Below the pieces are notes generated by a model, which made no database searches, had not been told where the DNA came from, and saw only the letters and a program-made list of their open reading frames with translations. From IMG/VR virus record IMGVR_UViG_3300017700_000593, positions 1-42,564 of that record: a stretch of 42,564 nt of DNA, one strand, 5' to 3'. Origin of the DNA: a virus. Its lineage: Duplodnaviria > Caudoviricetes. Position numbers and translations under genes: made by a program. This document shows positions 15,387 to 25,658 of this stretch, piece by piece (the stretch's first letter is position 1; each line of letters starts with the position of its first letter).

Positions 15387-17305
15387 TACAGGCCTCCTGC
15401 TTGGCTTGCCGCGCCTTCGATCAGGCCGGCTTGAATGGGGGAGCCCGCCGCGCGCTTCTTCAGAAGCTCGGCAGCAAGGGCCAGGATGCGGCGGCTTTCC
15501 GCGCTGTTGGGATTGAGCATCGCGCGGCCGATTTCGTCGCGGACGGCCTCGTTCGGCCCGAGCAGCCGGTTGGCGAGCTTCTCAACGTTCTCGATGATGC
15601 GGGCACTGATACCCTGCGAGCCGCCGCGCAAACTCATATTGCTGGCGTCCTCAACGACCTCCAGCCCCTTGTCGATCGTTTGGGTTCCGCCGCGCACGAA
15701 CTTGTCGGTTTTATCGAAGGTGCGAATGGCATCGCCTGCGCGCTGAATCCCGGCCGCCTGTGCGGGTTCGTAAATCTCCCCGATGCGAGCCTGGATCTCG
15801 GGAAACTGAACGTCCCTAGCAACCGAGCGCGTCTGGCCGAGCGCGTTTCGCGCGCTGGTCATTTCCCGCACGGCATTGGTCGAGCCGGCGCGGGTGGCCG
15901 CCACTTGCTGCGCGTTGGCCCCCACCAGAGCGTCCGCCAGCGCGGGAGCCGACGAGTTCATCCCTGCTTGGGTGGTCGCGCCAGATAGGAACTTATGGCC
16001 CTTGTCGAAGAAATCGGGCAGCGACTTGGCCTGCGCATAGGTAGTGTCGGCCGCTTTCGCGCTGGGGTTGGCCTTCCAAAACGCGGCCTCCCACTCGCGG
16101 GCCAGGTCGCCCATATCGGCTTTGTTGATCGGCTTCCCCGAAGCAAATGCCGCAGTAGCGGTGTCGTTCAGCTTTTGCTTAACGCGGTGCATGACCTCGG
16201 TCGGCTGGAGCACCTTCCCGGTCGACGCTGCGTCATCCGCGATCTGCTTGAGCGCGTCCCGAACGGCCGGAACGTTGGCAATCTGCAGCATGTCATCGGA
16301 CATATTGAGGGCGTCGGCCGCCATCTTGCCGTAAGCCTGCTGCCCCACCGCGCGGGCGTTCTCCTCAAACGCCTGCCCCTCTCCCATAAGCCTGTGCCGT
16401 GGCGGCGGGGGCGTTTCTCCCTCGAAAGCACGGCGCAGCATTCCCGGCATCTCGGTCTGGCGAGCGTCCAACACGGTGTCGGCATGAGAGGAAGTGGCGC
16501 CCGGCATCGATCGCGAGGAACGCGCCATCCGCGCGAATTGGTTGTCGACATCGGCCAGCATGGCCCCATCGCCCAACTGCCCAAGGCGCCCTTCGACCTG
16601 AGCCGGATCGAGCTTGGAGCGCTGCAACGCCGTGGCGAGCCGCTGGACCATGCCGCTTTCGGTGACGCCCTTCGATATGGCCCGGCCGGGCGCGCTCTCC
16701 ATCACGGACCGACCGGCAGCGCTGGCAATCGGTAGCGCGCCGCCCAGCGCACCGCCAATGACGGCCGGCAGCAACGCTGAGCCCAAACGCTCGTCAAATC
16801 CCCCCTCGCCCTGCCCGAAACCGGAAGCACCGCTCAGGGCCGCGCCAGTGCCGCCCATTTTCAGGACGTTACCGACCAGCGACGGCCCCGCCGCCGTAGC
16901 TGCTGCCGGTAGCGCCAAGGCCGTGGTGGCCACGTTGCCCGCAATGTTCGCGCCCGTGGTCAGCGCCGGGTAGGCTTCTTCGTCGGCCTTCGTCTGCTTG
17001 CGGATCTTGCCCAGTTCTTCGTCGTAACGGCCCTGAAAGTCAGGTGCCGTTGAGACTGTCTGCGGCGTGGGGTTGCCGCCGATCGACTCGTCGCGCTGGA
17101 TCGAAGGCCCCTTCATCATCCAGTTGGAGAAATCTGGCAGCGCAGCGCGAACGCCGGCGGCGAGTTCATCCCCCAGGTTGAACGTCGCGCCCTGACCGAA
17201 TGCGTTTGCGGCAGCGTCGGACACGCCCTGCGCCGGCGGCTTGAACTTCGACCACGGTCCTGCCTCGGACGCGGCGGCGGTGAACCTCTCCCACGGTCCG
17301 CTCAC
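15386..17305 (-). CDS. Internal virion (DNA ejection) protein
   Basis: Large Ala/Gly-rich helical ORF in the ejection-gene position. GTG start overlaps the previous stop. Confidence 0.7.
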   Translation of the reverse strand: MSGPWERFTAAASEAGPWSKFKPPAQGVSDAAANAFGQGATFNLGDELAAGVRAALPDFSNWMMKGPSIQRDESIGGNPTPQTVSTAPDFQGRYDEELGKIRKQTKADEEAYPALTTGANIAGNVATTALALPAAATAAGPSLVGNVLKMGGTGAALSGASGFGQGEGGFDERLGSALLPAVIGGALGGALPIASAAGRSVMESAPGRAISKGVTESGMVQRLATALQRSKLDPAQVEGRLGQLGDGAMLADVDNQFARMARSSRSMPGATSSHADTVLDARQTEMPGMLRRAFEGETPPPPRHRLMGEGQAFEENARAVGQQAYGKMAADALNMSDDMLQIANVPAVRDALKQIADDAASTGKVLQPTEVMHRVKQKLNDTATAAFASGKPINKADMGDLAREWEAAFWKANPSAKAADTTYAQAKSLPDFFDKGHKFLSGATTQAGMNSSAPALADALVGANAQQVAATRAGSTNAVREMTSARNALGQTRSVARDVQFPEIQARIGEIYEPAQAAGIQRAGDAIRTFDKTDKFVRGGTQTIDKGLEVVEDASNMSLRGGSQGISARIIENVEKLANRLLGPNEAVRDEIGRAMLNPNSAESRRILALAAELLKKRAAGSPIQAGLIEGAASQAGGL

Positions 17306-19050
17306 TGCGCCGGCTCCCAATTGCTCTTGTCAGCCGGGTTGCCGCCTTTGAAGCGATAGCCGTCCATAACTGACCCGGGCTGGGGTGCGCCGCCTTGGGC
17401 CGGCGCGGTGGTGCCGGCCGGAGGCTGGTTCACCGTGGGGTTGAGCGTGTAGGTCTTGCCGGCAGCGCGCGTCATGCCCTCGACGGCGAGTTGGCGGTTC
17501 TTCATCTTCTGGGCGACCACGCTCTCCGCGTCGCCCGGCTGCGGGAAATACTGCTTGTCGGCTGCGGCGTATTCCTGATCGCTGATGACCGCGCCCGACT
17601 CACGGCGAAGCTGGGCGTTAATGAAGTCGTCCTTGGCCTGCCGGAACTTCTGGTAGCCCTCGCTCTGGGCGTAGTTGGCCCCAGGCACGCCGACGCCGAA
17701 CACCTTGGAGTCGAGCGCGCGGCCCTTGGTGGACAGGCCCTCCTTCTCGTTCTGCCCCAGGATTCGGAAGCTGTTGGTCATGCGATCGGCAAAGACGGCC
17801 GCGTCCGACTGCTCCTTCGTCATCGGCTTGTTAGCTTCGCGGCGATCGTGCTCGGCAGCCTCTGCCGTGCGCTGCTCGGCGGTCTTGCTCTGGTCGTAGG
17901 CTCGCGTGTCCTGCGTCTTGGCGCGCTCCTGCACGTAGGCCGCCTGCGCTTCCTGTGCCTTCTGGACCAGTGCCAGCGCGCGCTCACGGTCGCCGCCGGC
18001 TCGAGCCTGCTGCGCCTGCTGCATCAAATGCTGGGCTGCGGGGCTGACCTCGGGTATCGTCGGCGCGGGCGGGGCCTGCGGAGCCGCCTGCGGCTGCGGC
18101 ATCGCTCCCTCGGCACCCTGCGCGAGCTGCACCGGAGTCTGCTGCTGGGCCTGCGGCTGTCCACCAGTGGCCGCCATGAACGTGTCCGCAGTGACACCCT
18201 GCGGTAGGCCGCCCTTCTCTTTCCGGGTGATGGCATCCAGCAACGTGGCCGCCACGGCCGGGTCCTTCATCACCTCCCCCAAGGGCATCCCGGGGTTGAT
18301 GCCGGTCCCTTCTGCCACCTGACTGATATACTGCTGGGTGTTGTTCTCGTTCGGCGGCGCCCACTTGGCGATGGCTTGAGCCACCGTCATGTTGGGGTTC
18401 TGCTTGATGTAGGCGCCGAGGTTCTGGACCATCGCGTTAGCGCCCTGCTGCGGGCTGCCGAAGGTCGCAAAGCCGTTCTGTGGCGCTCCCTCGCCCGGGA
18501 AGCCGACGCCCGCGCGGATGTTGCCGAGGTTGTTGTTGAAGGCACCGGGGGCAGGTGTGCCGCTCGGTAGCGGCGTTACGTCGATGGTGAGGCCCGGCTG
18601 ATTGCCGCTTGGGCCGGGCTGACCAGCGCCGCCACCGCGGCTGACGCCAGACGCATCCAGCTTCGTGTCGAGAAGGCCGTTCTTGCGGTCGTCGGCAATC
18701 TTCTGGGCAAGCGTCTGGGCATAGAACGGGGCGAGGATATTCGGGTCACCGCCCGGCTCGTTCAGGATGGCATTACGCGAGGCCTCGTCCTTGGCGCCCA
18801 GGGCACGCGCGAGTTTGTCCGTCGTCTTGGTCTGCGTTTCCTTCTGCTCCCGTTCGGCCTGCCCCTCGAAGAAGCCGCCCACGCCGCCCTGCAGCGCACG
18901 TGCAAGCCCCTCCAGCGGGCTTTGCACCGGAGCCGTCGAGGCGCCATGCTGCATGAGCGCCTGACCATAGCGGCGCGAGTTCTCCGCAGGGTCGAACTGC
19001 TGGCGCTGGCGCTGCTGCATCATCAGGGCGGCAACAAGGGCATCGCTCAT
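17302..19050 (-). CDS. Internal virion/ejection protein with a lysozyme-like domain
   Basis: NNLGNIR...FATF.SPQQG..AM...L..Y...TVAQAIAKWAPPNENNTQQY. Confidence 0.75.
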   Translation of the reverse strand: MSDALVAALMMQQRQRQQFDPAENSRRYGQALMQHGASTAPVQSPLEGLARALQGGVGGFFEGQAEREQKETQTKTTDKLARALGAKDEASRNAILNEPGGDPNILAPFYAQTLAQKIADDRKNGLLDTKLDASGVSRGGGAGQPGPSGNQPGLTIDVTPLPSGTPAPGAFNNNLGNIRAGVGFPGEGAPQNGFATFGSPQQGANAMVQNLGAYIKQNPNMTVAQAIAKWAPPNENNTQQYISQVAEGTGINPGMPLGEVMKDPAVAATLLDAITRKEKGGLPQGVTADTFMAATGGQPQAQQQTPVQLAQGAEGAMPQPQAAPQAPPAPTIPEVSPAAQHLMQQAQQARAGGDRERALALVQKAQEAQAAYVQERAKTQDTRAYDQSKTAEQRTAEAAEHDRREANKPMTKEQSDAAVFADRMTNSFRILGQNEKEGLSTKGRALDSKVFGVGVPGANYAQSEGYQKFRQAKDDFINAQLRRESGAVISDQEYAAADKQYFPQPGDAESVVAQKMKNRQLAVEGMTRAAGKTYTLNPTVNQPPAGTTAPAQGGAPQPGSVMDGYRFKGGNPADKSNWEPAQ

Positions 19051-19928
19051 CAGCCGAGCCCGAACATCTTGGGATTGCGGAACGCACCACCAAGTGCCGC
19101 GCCACCCAAGCCAAACAGGCCGCCCATCAGCGCGTTTTGAGAACTCTGCTGTTGATTGTAGGCGTTCATCTGGCCTTGGTAGGCCTGCATGGCGGGCGTC
19201 GTTACGTCGGTCGCCTGGATCTGCCCGGCAGAACCCGGTGCGTACTGCGGAGCCTGCACGCCACCACCAAAGCCCAAGAGTGCCTGGTAATCCTGCAGCG
19301 GGGCGTTGTGCAGCGTCGTGCGTTCGCCAATGCCCTGGTTGCGGATCGAGAGTGCCTGATTCAGGTGCTGCGCGGCGATGTTGCCGGCGTCGATCTCGGC
19401 CTGTGTGGAGAGGTCGTTGCGGGCGCGGCCGAACTTGTCCTCCGCACGGTTGGCCGCCACCGAGCCCTTGGCGATGCCCTGGTTTGCGAGCTGCACGTCA
19501 GATGCGCCCTCGGCCCGGTTGATGTCCTCGGTCCCGCGCGCCGTCAGCGCCTTGTAGGCGTTGTCCCGCAGCCCCTGAACGTCGGGGATGCCCTGCAGCC
19601 CATCGAAGTTGAGCGGTTGCCCAATGGAGCGCTCGACGTTTCCCAGCACGGTCGGGGCGAGGTCCAGCGCCCGGTTCTGGAGTCGCGCGCCCTTGTCGTA
19701 GATGTTCTGCTGGTCGGGAGAAAGTGTCTGCGTGGCCGTGTAGGACGGGACGAAGTTGTCGCCCACCCACCGGCCACCGCTCTCGGTGTAGTTCAGGTTC
19801 CCGTAGGGGGTAACTTGGTTCGTGTTGCCCAGCGTGGCATTGGCGATGCCGGTCTGGACATTCGCCTCTTTCTGACTGTTCGCCGTCTGCTGAGCATTGA
19901 ACTGGGGAGCCGATCCGCCGCCGCCCAT
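19050..19928 (-). CDS. Internal virion/ejection (pilot) protein
   Basis: MGGGGSAP start, NQVTPYG motif, Gln/Asn-rich, glycine-zipper C-terminus. Confidence 0.7.
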   Translation of the reverse strand: MGGGGSAPQFNAQQTANSQKEANVQTGIANATLGNTNQVTPYGNLNYTESGGRWVGDNFVPSYTATQTLSPDQQNIYDKGARLQNRALDLAPTVLGNVERSIGQPLNFDGLQGIPDVQGLRDNAYKALTARGTEDINRAEGASDVQLANQGIAKGSVAANRAEDKFGRARNDLSTQAEIDAGNIAAQHLNQALSIRNQGIGERTTLHNAPLQDYQALLGFGGGVQAPQYAPGSAGQIQATDVTTPAMQAYQGQMNAYNQQQSSQNALMGGLFGLGGAALGGAFRNPKMFGLG

Positions 19929-19929
19929 G

Positions 19930-20388
19930 TCACGCCGCCTGCTGCTCCCTCTTCGGAAGCCACTTGCGTTCCCACTCGGGCTTGATGAGCCGCCAGCAAC
20001 TGGCGTGCTTTCCCTCGCCGTAGTAGTGCCCTTGCACCGCTTCCTGCGTAAAGCCGATGTGGCGAAGAAGCTTCTTCGCCCGATCGTTGGAAGCCCCGGT
20101 GCGGGCAGATATTCGGAATGCGTTGAGCTGTCGGAACGCGTAATCGCCAAGGGCGAGTACAATGCCGGTGCTCAGGCAGAAGGATGATACCGCAGCGGCG
20201 GACAGTTCTAAAGTCCGAAATGCTGGCTTCCACTGCGAGAACACCACCCCGGCAATCAATGCGCCGTCGGCCCTCAGGATGCCGAAGGCTCGGTCGCCGT
20301 CTACGAACAGGGGGCGCTCGAGCGGGGCCAGGTCCGCCACGAACTTGGCCACCGTGGTATCGTGGCCTTCCAGGAGGGCGAGCTTCAC
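19930..20388 (-). CDS. GNAT-family acetyltransferase-like protein in the virion module
   Basis: YAFRQL...RISART...NDRAKKLLRHIGFTQEA. Confidence 0.8.
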   Translation of the reverse strand: MKLALLEGHDTTVAKFVADLAPLERPLFVDGDRAFGILRADGALIAGVVFSQWKPAFRTLELSAAAVSSFCLSTGIVLALGDYAFRQLNAFRISARTGASNDRAKKLLRHIGFTQEAVQGHYYGEGKHASCWRLIKPEWERKWLPKREQQAA

Positions 20389-21938
20389 TAAAGAATCCCC
20401 CCGCGCTCGGCCACCAGCTCGAAGTCGTTAAGTTGGCAGGCCCCGTCCCGCACGATCCCCACCATGTGGACGCTGGACCACGTTCCGAAGGCCCCGCACG
20501 ACTGCCAGCGCGAATCCAGGACTGACTGGCCGCCCCACGTCCACGGCCAAGTCATGGTCCATGTTGCGCTGCTGAGCGGGCTTGCCAGAGCCGCCTGCGA
20601 GATGGCGGGCGCCGATGAGTCAAAATCCACATTGACGGTTATGCCGAACTGCACGCCGACGCCGACTGTCATCGTGGGCTTGACCATCGAGAACAGCTTG
20701 CCCGTCGCACCGGAAACCATCTGCCAAGAGGTCTGAACCTCCCACTGGATATTGGCAGTCGCGTTGTCGAGGTAGCCGACATCGGCCTGAAAGACCTTCC
20801 CGGCATTGCCCCCGAAATAGAGCTTGTCGTTCGCCACTCCCCAGCAGCCGGCCGCCATGCCCGTGAACTGGCACCAGGCCCCGGTGATCGTGTTCATCAC
20901 GAGCTGGATCTGCGTCGTGTTCGTAATCTGCGGGATGTTGACGATCAGGTAGCGGGCCTTGGGGTAGACGCACGGTGCCCAGCCGAAGTTGGTGCGATAG
21001 CTCTGCGAATACTGTGAAAAGAGCGTCTGTATCTTGCCGGTGATCGTGGCCTTCTGGATGCTCTCCCGGCTGAAGCGAAGGGCAGCCTGCATGGACACGA
21101 TGCCGTCCTGGGTGATGATCCCGAGGTCGCCATTGACGCGCACCGTGCAGCGCCGCCCGATCGGCATGCCGACGTTGAACCGCCCCACCAAGGCCCAGGT
21201 CGTGTCGCTGTCCGGGTCCGTGCCCTGGTAGACCGCAACCTCGCCGTTGTTGGTGATAAAGCATAGGTAGTCGTCCGGCCCCTCCCCCGCGTCATTCGAG
21301 AAGGAGCCGATCCCGATCACATGGCCGCCGCGGTGGAATACCGAGCCCAGCGGAAACACGGACGCCGCGCCCGCGATCGACTGCAGCCCGAGATAGTAGA
21401 CATCGAGCGAGTTGACGACCGAGAACCACAGGCGTTCCTTGAACTGCGTCACGTTGGCAAAGGTCGAGCTGGTCGCCCCCGTAATGACGGGCGTAGCCCA
21501 CGTCGTGCCGTCATAGGATCGCGCCGAGTCCGCGCCATTCACGAGGATCAGGTACAGGCCGCCAGCGGTCTTGATATTGGTCCACTGGAAGTCGACGTTG
21601 GTCAGGCCCGTTACCACGGTCGTTGCGGTCGACGTGCTCACGTCCCAAATGGCCGTGCCGGAGCCCCCGAAAATCTTGTCCACGCCCGTCAGGCCGTTCC
21701 ACGTCATCAGCGAGCGGACCGGATTGGTCATGCCAGTAGAGACTTCCGCGTAGCCTCCGCGCACGGCCAGATAGTTGGCCTCCGGGAACACGTTGGTCAG
21801 GATGATGGCATCCTGCTTCTTCATGTTCGTGTAGGCGTCGCGTGCGTTCAGGCCACCCACGGGGGCGGGCATATTGAACGACACGGCGACCTGCCGGCGG
21901 TTGGCAAAGCGGGGATCGTCTACGGCTGCGGCGAACAT
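20388..21938 (-). CDS. Tail nozzle / packaged-DNA stabilisation protein (P22 gp10 or tubular B-like)
   Basis: 516-aa beta-rich ORF with a PAPVGGLN start, positioned after the adaptor. Confidence 0.7.
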   Translation of the reverse strand: MFAAAVDDPRFANRRQVAVSFNMPAPVGGLNARDAYTNMKKQDAIILTNVFPEANYLAVRGGYAEVSTGMTNPVRSLMTWNGLTGVDKIFGGSGTAIWDVSTSTATTVVTGLTNVDFQWTNIKTAGGLYLILVNGADSARSYDGTTWATPVITGATSSTFANVTQFKERLWFSVVNSLDVYYLGLQSIAGAASVFPLGSVFHRGGHVIGIGSFSNDAGEGPDDYLCFITNNGEVAVYQGTDPDSDTTWALVGRFNVGMPIGRRCTVRVNGDLGIITQDGIVSMQAALRFSRESIQKATITGKIQTLFSQYSQSYRTNFGWAPCVYPKARYLIVNIPQITNTTQIQLVMNTITGAWCQFTGMAAGCWGVANDKLYFGGNAGKVFQADVGYLDNATANIQWEVQTSWQMVSGATGKLFSMVKPTMTVGVGVQFGITVNVDFDSSAPAISQAALASPLSSATWTMTWPWTWGGQSVLDSRWQSCGAFGTWSSVHMVGIVRDGACQLNDFELVAERGGIL

Positions 21939-21973
21939 TATGCTTCCCGCGCAACCCGAAGAAGGCTATACTT

Positions 21974-22423
21974 ATGGGTATCATGTTCGCGCCCAAGCGC
22001 TACTATCCAGCGAAGAACTCGACCCTTGCGGAACGCCTCAGGGCGCGAATAGAACAGCCAAAAATTGGCTGTCATGAATGGCAGGGCTCGCGCAATTCCA
22101 AAGGCTACGGAACGCTCAAATTCAACACCCGGACCTTGGCCGCGCATCGCGTCGCTTGGGAGATAGCCCACGGCCCGATACAGGGCGGCCTGCACGTCCT
22201 TCACCGCTGCGATAACCCGCCATGCTGCAACCCAGAGCACCTGTATGTCGGAACGAACGCCGAGAACGTTGGGGACCGCGAAATCCGAGGGAGACATGGG
22301 AAGCGGAAATTGAGCGATGCTGATGTCTCGGCCATCCGCGCGAGCACAGAGATGACGATGCACCTTGCTGCTCGATACGGGGTCGCCAAGATGACCATCA
22401 GGCGCTACCGAAACCATCGCTAA
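21974..22423 (+). CDS. HNH homing endonuclease inserted antisense in the structural operon
   Basis: CHEWQG..GYG..AHR..VLHRCDNPPCCNPEHL. Confidence 0.9.
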   Translation: MGIMFAPKRYYPAKNSTLAERLRARIEQPKIGCHEWQGSRNSKGYGTLKFNTRTLAAHRVAWEIAHGPIQGGLHVLHRCDNPPCCNPEHLYVGTNAENVGDREIRGRHGKRKLSDADVSAIRASTEMTMHLAARYGVAKMTIRRYRNHR

Positions 22424-22656
22424 GGCCCCGCGTTCCGCCAAGCGCCGCCGCCGAAGAAGTAGAGGCGGTAGTTGGTTACGTCGACCACAAGGGCCGCCAA
22501 GCCGGGCTGATCTTCGGGCGTTCCCGTAGGCGCGCCATTGCAGGTCGGCACGTAGGCAAAGCCCACGGTCGCGCTCACGGAAAGAGTCGGCAGCCCAAGC
22601 CGGGCGACGACTTGGCTGCGCCAGAGCTTCTGGGACGCGTAGATCTCAAGGGGCAC
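22420..22656 (-). CDS. Small virion-module protein
   Basis: 78-aa ORF directly after the adaptor, ending RLYFFGGGAW. Confidence 0.6.
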   Translation of the reverse strand: MPLEIYASQKLWRSQVVARLGLPTLSVSATVGFAYVPTCNGAPTGTPEDQPGLAALVVDVTNYRLYFFGGGAWRNAGP

Positions 22657-22658
22657 AA

Positions 22659-23384
22659 CTAAGGCACCGCGCCGGGGAAGTTCTGGCTGGGCACGTATGG
22701 CCCAGGCAATGCGTCGCTCCAGCTGCCTGCCGTGTTCAGGGTCGGCATGCCCTTGGACCGCGCCGCCTCACGCTGAACGAGCGTGATCCACTCCTGATAC
22801 TCCTGGCTGTAGCTCAGGCCCTTGGCCCGCAGGAAACGCCAGCGCACGCCGCGCTCCATCATCGTCTCGTCGAAGATGGCCGTATCTTCGTCAGCGGTGA
22901 ACGCTTCCTTGTCGGGCGTCGTGGCGCCGTCCGAATAGACCGCGAGCGTGCTGATGTACTCGTAGGCCACCGTATCGCCCGCCGGCGGGTTGGGGGCCGT
23001 CAGGAAGTCGTTGCCGCGCAGGCGGTAGCCGTAGATGACCGAGGTCAGCACCGGCCGCGCCTTCCACGCCTGCCACGTCTGCGGCGAGATTGGCCCGACC
23101 ACAGGGCGACAGGCCGTGCGGTCCCACATGGAGTTGTCCACCATGTGGTCATAATCGGTGGGAATCGGGGTGTCGGTCTGCGTGTCCGCCGCGACGGTGA
23201 CGAAGGTGTGCTGACGAAGCAGCTTGCGCCAGTAGATGTCCGGCCACTTGCGCAGTTCCACCAACTCCTCATTGAGAAGAGAGCGGACCTGAATGGTCTG
23301 CGGGTCCGTGGCGGAAAAGACGGCCTGCGGGATTGGCAGGGCGAGCCAAGCGCAGGCCGTCTGCACCATGGAGAGGGCCGTCAC
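22659..23384 (-). CDS. Head-tail adaptor (tubular A/gp4-like)
   Basis: Size and synteny, plus P.DY...WDR and G..WRFLRAKGL.Y motifs. Confidence 0.7.
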   Translation of the reverse strand: MTALSMVQTACAWLALPIPQAVFSATDPQTIQVRSLLNEELVELRKWPDIYWRKLLRQHTFVTVAADTQTDTPIPTDYDHMVDNSMWDRTACRPVVGPISPQTWQAWKARPVLTSVIYGYRLRGNDFLTAPNPPAGDTVAYEYISTLAVYSDGATTPDKEAFTADEDTAIFDETMMERGVRWRFLRAKGLSYSQEYQEWITLVQREAARSKGMPTLNTAGSWSDALPGPYVPSQNFPGAVP

Positions 23385-23393
23385 ATCGCCCTC

Positions 23394-24035
23394 CTACGCT
23401 GCTTGTGCGGCTTCTGCCGTCTTGCGGGGTCGCCCGGGCTTGCGGGGCTCGTCCGAGCCGAAGCGCTCGTTCATCTCGGCCAACTGCCGGTGCAGGCTGG
23501 CGATCTCCTTGGCGTGCTGCTCCTCCAGCGCCTTGACGGCAACCAGCGGGGCGTTCTTCTCGCGCAGGGCCAGGAACTTCTGCGCCGTCTCCCGGTCGGT
23601 GCGGAAGCCCATCAGCTCGCCGCCGCCCGTGTCGGTCATGTCGGCCAGCATCTCGACGGTATGTATGCCGCGCGCCTTCAGGCTGGCAATCGTGCCGGGG
23701 CTCATGTTGAGGAGCGCGAGCGGCGTGCCGATATGGCCACCGTCGTTGCCCTCCTTGTACATCTTCACGAGGTCGGCGTACTTCTTGGAATGCACCTTGT
23801 GCTCGAGGATCGTGCCGTCCGGCAGCTTGCGCTCGATCTCGCACGACGCCTCGGACTTGGGCATGCCGATCGGCGCCACGTAGGCCACCAGCACGTTGTC
23901 GAACACATCGACGCCATCCGCGCTCGCCTTGTCGTTCTTCTCGGCGTGCTCGCGGAAGCGGACCGACAGACCCGGATGGCGCGGGTCCATGTTCGGGTCC
24001 TTGTAGCGGAAGGGGACGTTCTCTGCTGCGTTCAC
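23394..24035 (-). CDS. Hypothetical protein of the head module
   Basis: GGAGG RBS and GTG start. Contains GTPL...L...GIHTVEMLA and a C-terminal RKPGRPRK. Confidence 0.75.
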   Translation of the reverse strand: MNAAENVPFRYKDPNMDPRHPGLSVRFREHAEKNDKASADGVDVFDNVLVAYVAPIGMPKSEASCEIERKLPDGTILEHKVHSKKYADLVKMYKEGNDGGHIGTPLALLNMSPGTIASLKARGIHTVEMLADMTDTGGGELMGFRTDRETAQKFLALREKNAPLVAVKALEEQHAKEIASLHRQLAEMNERFGSDEPRKPGRPRKTAEAAQAA

Positions 24036-24066
24036 ATTGCCTCCATGGCCCTGCGGGCTTCCGGTG

Positions 24067-24100
24067 AAAGAAGAAGGGCGGGGCCGAAACCCCGCCCCTT
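24067..24100 (-). terminator. Rho-independent terminator after the capsid and decoration genes
   Basis: Minus strand reads GGGCGGGG-TTTCGG-CCCCGCCC-TTCTTCTTT. Confidence 0.75.
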
Positions 24101-24102
24101 GC

Positions 24103-24672
24103 TCAGGTGATCTGGCTCTGCACGACCGGGTTGTTGATCGTGAAGATCGCCTGCCCAGTGGTCGGGACGTTGGTGGCGCTCGATGCCTGGATGCCCAGCA
24201 CCTGCTTGCCGCCGACCGCTGCGTTGTTCTGCAGCACACCAACCTGGCCCCAGAAGACCGCGTTACCGGCCGTGATGGTGCCCGAGATGTTGATGATCGC
24301 GCCGCCCTGGACCTGATACCAACCCCACTTGCTCTGGGTGTTGGTAGCAGCCGTGGCGACGGCCAGCGGGTAGCCGGTGTTGGCGGTGCCCGCCCAGCGG
24401 GCCGTGGCCGCGCCGTCGTTGACGTCGCCCGCGACATCGGTGCCGAGGCTCTGCCGATAGGACACCACGTCGCCCGCCACGGTGCTCGTCACACCGGGGA
24501 GAAAGACGAAGGTGCCGACGCCGAGTCGGGTCGTGCCCACGTCGTTGAAAGTGGCCAGCGTGCCGACCGGCACGGAGGGGACGGTGACGCCGTTGATGGT
24601 CTTGCCTTCGTCAACGGTGCCGGGGACGGGGTAGCCGAGGGCGGAATTGCCGCCAGAGATCCAAGTAGGCAT
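24103..24672 (-). CDS. Capsid decoration/cement protein (putative)
   Basis: Gly/Thr/Val-rich 189-aa ORF right after the MCP, with a WGWYQV.G motif. Confidence 0.65.
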   Translation of the reverse strand: MPTWISGGNSALGYPVPGTVDEGKTINGVTVPSVPVGTLATFNDVGTTRLGVGTFVFLPGVTSTVAGDVVSYRQSLGTDVAGDVNDGAATARWAGTANTGYPLAVATAATNTQSKWGWYQVQGGAIINISGTITAGNAVFWGQVGVLQNNAAVGGKQVLGIQASSATNVPTTGQAIFTINNPVVQSQIT

Positions 24673-24685
24673 GTTCTGGGGCTCC

Positions 24686-25639
24686 TTACTTCAGTACGCC
24701 CTGGAGGAAACCGTTCGACATCGTCATGTTGCCGGCCCAGCCGATGAGCTTGATGACGGCATCCTGATTGGTCGAATAGCGATCGGGGTCGACCACTTCC
24801 ATGTTCCGGTCCTTGTGGGGGCGGAAGAAGAGGTAGTCGGTGTTGAGGAAGTACATGTGGCTCGCCGGGCAGGCGCCGCCGATGCCGCCATCGAGCACGA
24901 CAGGCGCGCTGATGAACATCAGGTTGGTGAAGCCCGCCTTGCCCAGATCCGGGTCGCTGATGCGCTGGATCGTGGTCAGGGACTGCATGAACGCGCTGTA
25001 GGCCACGTTGTCAGACAGGACCAGCTTGGGCCGGTCCGTGCCGCGGATGCACTTGACCCACAGGTCATCCATGGTCGCCTGGATACCGGACGAGGTGAAC
25101 GTGCCGTTCTGGACCTGGTTCTTGTAGAAGGTCCAGGTGCCGCGATCGATGCCGCCCACGGTGTTGGTCGGGGTGTCGGCCACCAGGAGCTGAAGTCCGC
25201 CGATCTCCTTGCCGCCCGAGCCAGTGCCGTTCGAGTACATCGAGGCGCTGACGACGTTCTTCATCGTGCGCTCGGCGTTCTCGACGCGGGAGGCGACGAG
25301 GTTGATGGAGCGCTCGGCGCCCGCGTTCTGCAACTGCTCGAGACCGGACACCGAGACAGCCACCATGAGCTGCTTGATGTCGAACTCGGCCATCGTGAAG
25401 GTTTCCTGCGGATTGATCGCCACCGTCTCGTATCCCGAGTACCAGGTCGCGTTCGTGTTCTCCGCGTAGTCCATCTCCTGGTCGATGACTCGACCGCCGT
25501 CGAAGGGGAGAAGGCCGGTGCTGCGCTTGCTCAGGTAGAGCAGAATCGCGTTGTTGTCCGTCACGTCATCCGCAAGCTTGTGCGTGCGGTTGCGCAACGT
25601 GGTGGTGAGGAGGTCACCAATGCTGCCAGGCGTTGCCAT
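24686..25639 (-). CDS. Major capsid protein
   Basis: 317 aa following the scaffold. Contains TTTLRNR...DDVT.NNA.L, GGKEIGGL, YFLNTDYL and W.GNMT.SN. Confidence 0.85.
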   Translation of the reverse strand: MATPGSIGDLLTTTLRNRTHKLADDVTDNNAILLYLSKRSTGLLPFDGGRVIDQEMDYAENTNATWYSGYETVAINPQETFTMAEFDIKQLMVAVSVSGLEQLQNAGAERSINLVASRVENAERTMKNVVSASMYSNGTGSGGKEIGGLQLLVADTPTNTVGGIDRGTWTFYKNQVQNGTFTSSGIQATMDDLWVKCIRGTDRPKLVLSDNVAYSAFMQSLTTIQRISDPDLGKAGFTNLMFISAPVVLDGGIGGACPASHMYFLNTDYLFFRPHKDRNMEVVDPDRYSTNQDAVIKLIGWAGNMTMSNGFLQGVLK

Positions 25640-25658
25640 GGTTTAGAGGACCCTTTGC

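Noticed and set aside
21938-22441. Minus-strand 167-aa ORF, or a group I intron around the antisense HNH
   Set aside because: The ORF is the antisense shadow of the HNH. The flanking genes appear intact and I recognised no intron core.
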